Shown: one piece after another, positions 39,202 through 47,155 of the stretch
Position numbering within the stretch: position 1 is the stretch's first letter
Layout of the letters: each line of letters begins with the position of its first letter
IMG/VR virus record: IMGVR_UViG_3300034082_002390
DNA from: an uncultured virus (IMG/VR IMGVR_UViG_3300034082_002390)
Taxonomy: Duplodnaviria; Heunggongvirae; Uroviricota; Caudoviricetes
DNA: 60,650 nt
Reading direction: 5' to 3' (one strand)
The notes under the pieces: generated by a model
Databases searched by the model: none
Seen by the model: the letters and a program-made list of their open reading frames with translations, nothing else
What the model was told of the DNA's origin: nothing
Translations under genes and position numbers: made by a program

Positions 39202-39286
39202 TGGTCACTTTGTAGTTCACGGTAGCGAATCGCTTGCTACGCCCAGCACCCGGGCGCCCTCGCAACTAGTGCGGTCCTAAGGGTGT
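39202..39286 (-). ncRNA. Candidate structured RNA (three helices plus possible pseudoknot)
   Basis: GC-rich intergenic island with CCCT/AGGG enclosing a CGCA/TGCG hairpin, a GCCC/GGGC hairpin and a GTAG/CTAC stem; strand inferred from the operon. Confidence 0.5.
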
Positions 39287-39297
39287 TCGTTTAATGT

Positions 39298-39732
39298 TTA
39301 GTTGCACCAACTTTGCTTGGCTTCGCCGTAGTATTCGCGTGCAAAACCGTTGGCAATAAGTCCCTGACGCAGGCTACGGCCATCTAGAATGATGTCACCC
39401 AGCACACGACCGCCAAACTTGTCCCAGGCATACAGTGTGACCTGTCGTTGCTGACTGGCAGCAATTGCATTTTTGGTAAATTCAGTGGCTGCTAGACCGC
39501 GGGCATTTTCTTGCGGGCACTGAGCACGATGTCCTTTTTCAGGAGTGTCTACACCAAAGATTCGTACAGCCAGTTCGGGCTTGAGGGGTGCAGGCAAGAA
39601 TGGTGCAGAGATCACAACTGTGTCCCCATCGTTGATGCGCACAATTTGTGCGTCATAGGTTGCACCTTTTGGTGTTTTTTGTGCCATGGCCAGCACAGGT
39701 ACGATGAGTAAGAGTAGTAGTAGTTTTTTCAT
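39298..39732 (-). CDS. Thermonuclease (SNase) family protein with signal peptide
   Basis: DGDTV, VRIFGVDTPE, DKFGGRVLG, LIANGFA. Confidence 0.9.
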   Translation of the reverse strand: MKKLLLLLLIVPVLAMAQKTPKGATYDAQIVRINDGDTVVISAPFLPAPLKPELAVRIFGVDTPEKGHRAQCPQENARGLAATEFTKNAIAASQQRQVTLYAWDKFGGRVLGDIILDGRSLRQGLIANGFAREYYGEAKQSWCN

Positions 39733-39733
39733 G

Positions 39734-40342
39734 TTATGCTATTTGGTAAGTACCCGAGATATCAAAGTGTGCGCCCGATTGCCAGGCGCCTGTGGCCGGA
39801 GTGTTGAATTTCCAAACTAGATCAGTGGTGCTACCAGAATAATACAATTTCATGACTGTGGTGCTATCAACAACGTCTGTGATTCCGGCAATATGGTACA
39901 AGGCAGGAGAACCAGCACCTGCTGTTTGATGCAGGCTGCCGCCGGCCAGTCTAAATGTGTTTATTGCGGGGGTGGGCAGTGTAATCTGATATCCTGTGCT
40001 GCCAAAGTTGGTAACTCCTGTAAAATCCACATACACATGTATATACATCAGCGGACCCATACGCACATAAGATGCTGTGGCGGTGCCGCCAGCAAATGTG
40101 CCCGATCCGTCAGTGAACTGCGGATTGAATGTTGTGGTGCTGGTGACACCAGATCCGTAAGCGACCAAATTTAAATTGCCGTTTGTGTTGCCTACATAAA
40201 CATTTTGTGTGAGTTGATCAACCACAAGTTCGCTGGGTCTAGCAACACCATTGTAATTACCAATGGTTTCTTGTGCATTGTCTTTCATCACAGAACGGCT
40301 TATGCCGGTGATGTTGTTGTATGGTGGTGGCGGATTTGCCAT
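39734..40342 (-). CDS. Probable virion fibre/decoration protein
   Basis: Gly/Thr-rich beta protein in a late operon; ELVVD..VYVGN anchor-like motif. Confidence 0.55.
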   Translation of the reverse strand: MANPPPPYNNITGISRSVMKDNAQETIGNYNGVARPSELVVDQLTQNVYVGNTNGNLNLVAYGSGVTSTTTFNPQFTDGSGTFAGGTATASYVRMGPLMYIHVYVDFTGVTNFGSTGYQITLPTPAINTFRLAGGSLHQTAGAGSPALYHIAGITDVVDSTTVMKLYYSGSTTDLVWKFNTPATGAWQSGAHFDISGTYQIA

Positions 40343-40348
40343 AATAGT

Positions 40349-40738
40349 TTACCTTGGGTATCCTTTGAATGCTTTTACAGGACTTTTTGTATCCACGAAG
40401 GCAGGTTCCTCGCTGGGGCCACTTGACACCATTTTTTTACCGCCAGGCGTTTTTGTCATTGTTAATGCGGCATCAATAAGTTTATCAACACCAGGGCTCA
40501 TGCCAGCAACAATACCATGCTCGCCAAATGCAGTTTCATCATGCCATGCAGGCATGTTGGGGTTTACATCATCTTTAATTGCTTCGCTTCTTGCTCGAGC
40601 TAGAGCAACACCAAATCTATAATTGCGATACGGATCGGCGGCACTGAGTCCAGGAACCACATAGGTGTATCGCATGGGATCAGCCTGCTCTGGCGGCAGT
40701 TGTGCTGCATTTTCTGTGATAAATTCACGTGCTCTCAT
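40349..40738 (-). CDS. Putative internal head protein (paralog A)
   Basis: Starts MRAREFITE, ends SPVKAFKGYPR. Confidence 0.65.
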   Translation of the reverse strand: MRAREFITENAAQLPPEQADPMRYTYVVPGLSAADPYRNYRFGVALARARSEAIKDDVNPNMPAWHDETAFGEHGIVAGMSPGVDKLIDAALTMTKTPGGKKMVSSGPSEEPAFVDTKSPVKAFKGYPR

Positions 40739-41106
40739 CGGGGATAGCCTTTGAAACTCACAACAGGACTTGCTGTATTAACTTCTGGATGCTCTTCACT
40801 GTCCAGGTCACCGTTGTTTAAATCGGTGTACTCAGCACCAGCTGCCTTAAATGCCTGCTTCAGCATGTCGTGTTCAATTCTAGTGTAGGGATAGGCACCA
40901 CGTTTTTTTCCTATCCAGCTTTTTTCATCCATATCAATGATCGAGTCAGAACCGTCGGCACAGGCCACAGCCATCATCACGCGATTCAGAGTGTAGTCAC
41001 TGTTGGCACGTTCGTTATCGCCAAATATGGTTAGGCCCACTGTGGCGGCTTGACGACGTTTGCCAATCTTGCCGTCTCGTTCAGTGATAAACTCGTTTGC
41101 TCGCAT
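40735..41106 (-). CDS. Putative internal head protein (paralog B)
   Basis: Starts MRANEFITE, ends SPVVSFKGYPR. Confidence 0.65.
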   Translation of the reverse strand: MRANEFITERDGKIGKRRQAATVGLTIFGDNERANSDYTLNRVMMAVACADGSDSIIDMDEKSWIGKKRGAYPYTRIEHDMLKQAFKAAGAEYTDLNNGDLDSEEHPEVNTASPVVSFKGYPR

Positions 41107-41109
41107 CTA

Positions 41110-41391
41110 TCAAGCCTGTATCACACTACGTGTGGCAGAACTTGCTGTGCCCAATTCTAACGCAGTGAATGGTGTACCAGTAACAGTGACTTTGTTTCCA
41201 GCGCCGCTGTATACTTCAAACACAGTATTTGCCGGAATGCTAATAGGTGTAGAATAAATGTTGCCTGCGGCAGTTGCTCCGCCCAATGACACAGCGTAAG
41301 CCTGGTATGTCACAGCGTTTCCAGCTGTGGATATTTGTAGCTTGTCGGTGTACACTGTGGTGTTTCCCAGTGATGTATAAACATTTGCCAT
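41110..41391 (-). CDS. Small beta-rich probable virion protein
   Basis: 93 aa Thr/Ala/Gly-rich, AGGA SD. Confidence 0.6.
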   Translation of the reverse strand: MANVYTSLGNTTVYTDKLQISTAGNAVTYQAYAVSLGGATAAGNIYSTPISIPANTVFEVYSGAGNKVTVTGTPFTALELGTASSATRSVIQA

Positions 41392-41415
41392 TTTGTTATT
41401 TTCCTGTAATAGCAG

Positions 41416-43392
41416 TTACTTGCTGTAACGTTGGTACAATTCCCACAACCGAGACTCTGAGCTTTCAGCTACGCTTGTTTGGCGATCTTGATGTGCAATA
41501 ACTGGAATAGTTGTTTGCCCAGTTGTCTTACGACCGTTAAGCCCGCCACTCAATGTGTTTACCATGGTGTCTGTGTTGCTGTAGTTGGGGTTTGGTGAGT
41601 TGGCAAGTTCTTCGTCAACTTGTTGGCAGCCGCATGCACTTTCACCGCAAGTGGAACAAGCATGCTGACCGCTTTCTTCACCACCTAAGCCAGCCATTTT
41701 TAACAGTTGCGCTAGTTGTTCAGCATCTTCATTGGTGGCGTTAACGCTCAAAGACTTTGTACCATCTTCGCCCACGCTGAGATTAATACTCATGCCTTCG
41801 GTTAATACTGTGTCTAACTTTTTGTCAAAGCTTTCAGCTATCGCACTTTCGTAAACGCCTTTGCCAAAGACACCACCTTTAGCGGCTTTGGCAGGTGCAG
41901 TAGCAACAGATCCAGCTACTGTTGTTTCTTCAACTTCTTTTTTCTTTTCAGTTTTTTTCTTTTCAGGCAGACCTTTGTGCTTGGTGCTAGCAAAGTCTTC
42001 AGCATCTTTCTTGCCCATGCTTTTGGCTACCTTGGCAACTTCTTTAGAAGCAGGCTTTTCACCTTTTTGTGCGGCATGAACCATGCCCATGAACTTTTGT
42101 TGTTTTTTGCTTACTGCTTTTTCGTTAACTTGCTCTTCGTCTTTGTCGGCTTTGGTAATCTCGTATCCAGCTTTCTTCAACATGGACATGGCCTGTTTGA
42201 TTTCATCGCTTTCGTTGTCGCTTTCTTTGGTCATTAATTTTGACTTACCACTTGGGCCCTTGGCTCCGATGCTTTTGCCAGCGCCTTTGCCAGCTGGACG
42301 ACCACGTCCACGCTTTTCGCCCGAAGCTGGAGCATCATCATCTGAGCCCACACTGTGTCCAGTATTAGGGTCAACTCTGCGTGTTACTTTGCGGCCAGTT
42401 GCTGTGTGTTCAATATCATGTAATGCTCCACGCTCAGTGCTACCAACTTTGGGTCGTTCTACACGGGGACGCTTGTGTGCAGTGAATGGACTGTTGTCTT
42501 CTGCTTCGTCAGCAACAACTTTTTTGCCGCGGCCCAGAGCCTGCTTCATGGCTTCTGCTGCTACATCGCCCAGCATTTCGTCAACTTCTTTCTTGGCGCC
42601 GGCAATCTTGTCAGCGAAAGTGATCTTGTCTGTAGGGGGTGCCAATGCGGCAAAAGCTTCTTTGTCAACATTTTCGCTTACGTTTAGTTCTTGTTCAAGG
42701 CGATTGCTAATCCATTCATATGGATCACCATCTCGAGCTTTTGCTGTACCATAAGGCATTTCGCCACTGTCGCTGTAGTAATCAAATAGTGCATTATACA
42801 GTGCATCACTTAGATCACCATCTTGTTTGAATTTAGCAACATCGCCGGACATGGATCCAATGATTTGTTTGATACCGCCGTGTGCTTCTTTCATGTGGGC
42901 CATTGGCTTTTTACCAGTTTGTGGCATGCCAACTTTCTTTTGTAAGTCACGAATCATGTCTTCATCACTGCCGTGTCCCAATGTGTCCAGTGCTTTGCCA
43001 GCACCTTTTTTGACTGCACTGCCAACTTTCTTCACAGTGTCAAGAATGCCTTCGGCAACTTCTTTGTCTGCCACTGCTTTCTTGAATGTTTCTTTTTTGT
43101 TGCCATCTTTATCAACGTCAAGAAAATCTGGCTTGGCGCCTTCGTTTGTGGCAGGACCACGAGTGTCCTTGACGCCGGCAGCTTTCAACATTCTAGCACG
43201 ATCATCGTAGCCGGCTGTGCCAGGCTTGATGTCACCAGAGGCTTTTTTCAACTCAGCCTTTACTCGCGGTGATGCATCACTAGCATCAACATGCTTCATT
43301 GTTGTTTTTGCTTGATGGCTTGCGCCCTCATTCAAAGTTTGTTTTGCAGCCAAGTCACTCAGCTTTTTGTTTAAGTCGTAAAAAAATGTCAT
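41416..43392 (-). CDS. Lys-rich modular putative head protein (DUF3008-like segment, AT-hook)
   Basis: AVSKKQQKFMG..DFASTKHKGLP; KRGRGRP; DVDKDG; many (L/V/T/M)xE sites. Confidence 0.65.
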   Translation of the reverse strand: MTFFYDLNKKLSDLAAKQTLNEGASHQAKTTMKHVDASDASPRVKAELKKASGDIKPGTAGYDDRARMLKAAGVKDTRGPATNEGAKPDFLDVDKDGNKKETFKKAVADKEVAEGILDTVKKVGSAVKKGAGKALDTLGHGSDEDMIRDLQKKVGMPQTGKKPMAHMKEAHGGIKQIIGSMSGDVAKFKQDGDLSDALYNALFDYYSDSGEMPYGTAKARDGDPYEWISNRLEQELNVSENVDKEAFAALAPPTDKITFADKIAGAKKEVDEMLGDVAAEAMKQALGRGKKVVADEAEDNSPFTAHKRPRVERPKVGSTERGALHDIEHTATGRKVTRRVDPNTGHSVGSDDDAPASGEKRGRGRPAGKGAGKSIGAKGPSGKSKLMTKESDNESDEIKQAMSMLKKAGYEITKADKDEEQVNEKAVSKKQQKFMGMVHAAQKGEKPASKEVAKVAKSMGKKDAEDFASTKHKGLPEKKKTEKKKEVEETTVAGSVATAPAKAAKGGVFGKGVYESAIAESFDKKLDTVLTEGMSINLSVGEDGTKSLSVNATNEDAEQLAQLLKMAGLGGEESGQHACSTCGESACGCQQVDEELANSPNPNYSNTDTMVNTLSGGLNGRKTTGQTTIPVIAHQDRQTSVAESSESRLWELYQRYSK

Positions 43393-43401
43393 GTTATTTC
43401 C

Positions 43402-43995
43402 TTATTTTTGAAAGCCGGTCTCTGGCTTGGCGGGTCTCTTGATTACCGACATCGGGCTTCTAACACCTTGTGGTAAATCATTTGTTGTCACAGCTGGTTT
43501 GGTTTTACCACCAGCTACTGTCCATTTGGCATTCTCGGCTGAGTTTTGTACCACTTGTTGGTTGCCTTGTGCATGTTCTTTTTTCAACTGACGTTGTTCA
43601 GCATCAGTTGCGGGATACTCACTGTTTAGCAAATCTGTTTGATCAGCAATGCCCAAGAGTTCCTTGTCCATACCTTCACTCCACTTCAAATCGTTAATGT
43701 CAATTTGTGTGGCTTGCAAACCCAGTAGTTCAGCTATCTGAGTAATTTGTGGTGGTGTTGCTGGATATCTAAATGTTGCATCAATGATTGTGACTGGCTG
43801 ATTTTCGTGGTTGGGAAATCCAGCTGGCTTGGATTGAATGGGAGTTTTCTTTGGGTCTGAGACTTTTACTGGTTCAAACTTTTTTAGTTTATCCTTGAAG
43901 TCTTTCATAAAGCCATCAGGGACATCTCCCACAATCTTAATGCGGTAATCAAAGGTTTTTTCACTTTCAGTGAGGTATTGCGCAAATGTTTTCAT
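43402..43995 (-). CDS. Putative head protein with T4 internal-protein-like N-terminus
   Basis: MKTFAQYLTE; TAAATA at 44013-44018. Confidence 0.65.
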   Translation of the reverse strand: MKTFAQYLTESEKTFDYRIKIVGDVPDGFMKDFKDKLKKFEPVKVSDPKKTPIQSKPAGFPNHENQPVTIIDATFRYPATPPQITQIAELLGLQATQIDINDLKWSEGMDKELLGIADQTDLLNSEYPATDAEQRQLKKEHAQGNQQVVQNSAENAKWTVAGGKTKPAVTTNDLPQGVRSPMSVIKRPAKPETGFQK

Positions 43996-44011
43996 AATTC
44001 AGTCCTGTATG

Positions 44012-44512
44012 TTATTTACCGTCGTTTGTCTTTTCCGCATCCTGTTGGAGTTGGCGTAAAAGATCGTTACGGTCAAGCATGCGCCCCTCGGCACTGGGTA
44101 TTTTGGCAGAAGGGGCGTCAACTTGATCTAGCTTGGCTTTCTTTAATTGAAGATCAATCATCTTGAGCTTTTTGTTCAGCTTGGCTGTTTTGGCTGTTAT
44201 TGCATGGCCTAGCATTTGGCTTGCTACTGAAAAAATTTCACTAGCGTATCGGCTATCTACATTCATTCCCAGGTCCATGAGATTGTCATAGCTGTCAACT
44301 GCTTTCTTGGCCAAGTCATCCATTTCAACATCGCTAGCCTCAAGGCCTCGCACTGCCGGCAAAGCTGATTCTATTTTGTCAAGGGCGGATAGTGCAGATG
44401 GTAACAGCGACATGTTTGCTTCATCAATATCACTGTTGGTATTGTCAAAGCTGGGTATGCTATCAGGATCAGCCTGTGGCATATCAAAAAGTTCTTCAAG
44501 TTTACGAGTCAT
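44012..44512 (-). CDS. Possible terminase small subunit (gp16-like)
   Basis: 166-aa helical protein, DSRYASEIFSVASQML pattern; late promoter 4 nt before ATG. Confidence 0.45.
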   Translation of the reverse strand: MTRKLEELFDMPQADPDSIPSFDNTNSDIDEANMSLLPSALSALDKIESALPAVRGLEASDVEMDDLAKKAVDSYDNLMDLGMNVDSRYASEIFSVASQMLGHAITAKTAKLNKKLKMIDLQLKKAKLDQVDAPSAKIPSAEGRMLDRNDLLRQLQQDAEKTNDGK

Positions 44513-44519
44513 GCGGTAT

Positions 44520-44960
44520 TTACCGCTTTTTAGACCCGTTGTGGAACATCTGATCTTCTGTAATTACTCGGAATACAATGCCAGCTCTCTTGCACCAGGC
44601 CTGTGCTGCGGCCCACTTGGCGTGGTTTATGGCAACAACAGCCCTGTCTCGATCTTTCATTTTCTCTGTTATCATGCTTTGATTTTTTGGCTTGATCTCA
44701 ATTAGCTCTGTACAGATTTTATCATTGCGAGCCTGATATCGCATGAACACATCAGGAATATAGTTGGCCATTTTGCCAGTCAAAGGGTGCAAGTACTTGA
44801 TTGCAATTGCTTCGCTTGCCCACTCCAGTACTGCATCGTTGTTGTCGCAGAATTGAAAAAACGCCCACTCCCACCCTGATCGATATCTAGGACTACCTTT
44901 GCCAACATATTTTTTGGGATTTTTAACCTGGTAAACCCCTTGGGCGAAGTTGTTGCTCAT
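44520..44960 (-). CDS. Head completion nuclease (gp4-like, TnsA-type)
   Basis: NPKKYVG, YRSGWE, WASE, YIPD, IEIKP, KWAAA, FRVITE. Confidence 0.88.
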   Translation of the reverse strand: MSNNFAQGVYQVKNPKKYVGKGSPRYRSGWEWAFFQFCDNNDAVLEWASEAIAIKYLHPLTGKMANYIPDVFMRYQARNDKICTELIEIKPKNQSMITEKMKDRDRAVVAINHAKWAAAQAWCKRAGIVFRVITEDQMFHNGSKKR

Positions 44961-45316
44961 GCTAGAACATTACGTGCTGTGAAATAGTTAGGAGTTAGAA
45001 CTGAGTTCACGCCTAGCAAAGTACTGGGGCTACGCAGTCCATTCAAGAAGTAAGCCAGTGTGGTATTGACTGTTAGTGCATCTTGTGACTGTAGCTGTGC
45101 TAACAATGTCATGACTGGCACTTGAGTTTGTTGTGCAACCCTAAACAGTGTTACTGTAAAGTTTCTTGCGGCAGTGATTGATTTAAATACTGATATAAAA
45201 TAACTGTTGACCACATCATACTCGTTTTGCGGAACTTGTATGTCAAAATTATAAAATTGGTCAAAGATTCGGACTGTATTGTCAAGGGCTGGATTGACAA
45301 CGTTTACTGTACTCAT
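44957..45316 (-). CDS. Hypothetical protein
   Basis: 119 aa in the tail operon. Confidence 0.7.
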   Translation of the reverse strand: MSTVNVVNPALDNTVRIFDQFYNFDIQVPQNEYDVVNSYFISVFKSITAARNFTVTLFRVAQQTQVPVMTLLAQLQSQDALTVNTTLAYFLNGLRSPSTLLGVNSVLTPNYFTARNVLA

Positions 45317-45322
45317 ATGCTG

Positions 45323-46471
45323 TTATCCTTTTGGTGGAACTGGGAAAATTGGTTTTTGCAAGATATTTCTTACTGGTGATAACACTTCGCGGCCAACATT
45401 GGTACTGCTGGGCGCACCCGAAGTGGTACTACGCAGAACATCTTGTACTGCACCAATTGCTTCTTCTTTGACAATGGATTTTAAATTTGCACCCTTAAAG
45501 GTGTTGTAAGCTGTTCCAGCTTTTTGTACTGCACCTATTAGGCCGCCTACAGTGCCTGACTCAAGATCTGATATAATTCCAAGACCTGCATCTAGAAGAC
45601 CGCCTTGTCCAAGTATACTTCGAGTGCCACCAGGTCTGCTCAATGAGCCACCTTGCTGGTCATAGTATGATGGAGATGCAAATCCTTGAACGTTTGTGTC
45701 CGGACGGACTCCGCCTACAGCACCAGAATAATACTTGACTGTTTCGTAACTAATGGTCACGTTGTTTTCCATGACGCCAGTGTCTTGACTGTAGTCATAT
45801 GTGTCATGATTCCATTCTGAAATCATGGGATTGATCAACACGTATTCAACAAACTTGTGTTGGTTGAGTCCGTATATGCTAATGTCTCTGAAAAACGGGG
45901 GTTTTCCGTTGGAACTATTGGTTCCGTCGTAGTAACTCTCGCCAATGTAGCCCCAGTCATTTATGGGACGACTGTTTTCATAAATGTCACGACTGTTGTA
46001 ATTAAAACCGTTGCTCAAGGTGGCGCTATCACCAATGGAACCATTGGTATTTGTCTGTCCACGATAGGGTTGGCTGGGGTCTTTGTAGTAGTATGAATAA
46101 TAATTGTACCACATGTTGCGAATAAGGTCGCCACTGTCATCATGGAACTTTACTGCAATTGGTTGATACTCAATTTTCTTTTGTATAATACGCTTGCGGT
46201 TGTACTGATTAAGGGTTTCAGTATCTAAGCGAAATTTAGGAAGATCAATTGTTTTAACCAACAACCCAATGGTTGAAGTATCAGGAGTGGAGAAAATATT
46301 TCTCAACTGCGGAATTTGACTTGTGTTTAGTGTGAAGTAAACATGAAAGAGAAACTTAACTCGGGGAGAATTTTCATATCCGTTTGAACGAAACGTTTTG
46401 GATGCGTGAGTGTAATCCTTAACGTAGTCGTTACCAAAGAACGACTTTAGAAAATCCTGCCCGAATGCCAT
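45323..46471 (-). CDS. Tail-tube-like/baseplate-tube junction protein
   Basis: VKTIDLPKF, YNRKR, FHDD, INPMISEW (tube fold pattern); follows the tube gene. Confidence 0.65.
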   Translation of the reverse strand: MAFGQDFLKSFFGNDYVKDYTHASKTFRSNGYENSPRVKFLFHVYFTLNTSQIPQLRNIFSTPDTSTIGLLVKTIDLPKFRLDTETLNQYNRKRIIQKKIEYQPIAVKFHDDSGDLIRNMWYNYYSYYYKDPSQPYRGQTNTNGSIGDSATLSNGFNYNSRDIYENSRPINDWGYIGESYYDGTNSSNGKPPFFRDISIYGLNQHKFVEYVLINPMISEWNHDTYDYSQDTGVMENNVTISYETVKYYSGAVGGVRPDTNVQGFASPSYYDQQGGSLSRPGGTRSILGQGGLLDAGLGIISDLESGTVGGLIGAVQKAGTAYNTFKGANLKSIVKEEAIGAVQDVLRSTTSGAPSSTNVGREVLSPVRNILQKPIFPVPPKG

Positions 46472-46478
46472 TTAGCTA

Positions 46479-47120
46479 TTAGACGCCGGCAAAGCCTGCG
46501 CCAACTCCAGTTACAACACTGCCAGCCAAACGTGCAACCGATGAGCCAACGCCAGTACCGTTAGGTGTCTGAACTGCATTGTCAAATCGAATTTGCATAG
46601 TAACTGTCACTGCTTCACTTGAGCCATAGTTTAAGTCGTTATAGTTTACTTGATTCAAGTAGCAACCATAAATTTCCCAATTTTCTAGCACCACAGGTGT
46701 TGCGGCACCGTTGCCACCATCAAGGATTTCAACGCGAGTCAAAAACTTATAGTCAATACCAGCTGCGGCCGATGCCATTTCGTTAAAGTCCAATTGCTTT
46801 TGCAATTGTTCACCAACCAAACGTGCAACTTCACCTGAAGCATCGTCGCGCAGGTTCACAGTCAACATTTCCCATGTATGCTTGCCAGCAAGATACATAC
46901 GACTGTTGTAGATTTCAATTGGAATCTCATCAAATGTAACCGAAGGACGAGTAAAGTCAATAACTTGCTTTGTCAATTCAGTACGTGGAGTTGAAACTCC
47001 AAAATTCTCAAACATCACTCGAAAGCGATACTTGAGTTTCGGCATCAACAGCCCTTGGTTCTGATTACTCTGATCATTTGCCAAAGGGACTGTCATTCTT
47101 GTTAGTGATGCAACGGCCAT
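46479..47120 (-). CDS. Tail tube protein (gp19-like)
   Basis: PKLKYRFRV, AGKHTW, WEIYGCY, IRFDNA; downstream of sheath with own TAAATA and GGAG SD. Confidence 0.85.
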   Translation of the reverse strand: MAVASLTRMTVPLANDQSNQNQGLLMPKLKYRFRVMFENFGVSTPRTELTKQVIDFTRPSVTFDEIPIEIYNSRMYLAGKHTWEMLTVNLRDDASGEVARLVGEQLQKQLDFNEMASAAAGIDYKFLTRVEILDGGNGAATPVVLENWEIYGCYLNQVNYNDLNYGSSEAVTVTMQIRFDNAVQTPNGTGVGSSVARLAGSVVTGVGAGFAGV

Positions 47121-47155
47121 ATATGTTTCTCCTGTATGTGTTTATTTATGTTCTA

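Noticed and set aside
39202..39286. Canonical tRNA or intrinsic terminator
   Set aside because: No cloverleaf or acceptor stem and no U-tract; kept as an unclassified structured RNA
42083..43272. Long plus-strand ORFs (223, 127, 99 aa) opposite the 658-aa gene
   Set aside because: Antisense shadows of a codon-biased gene; no SD, promoter or motifs
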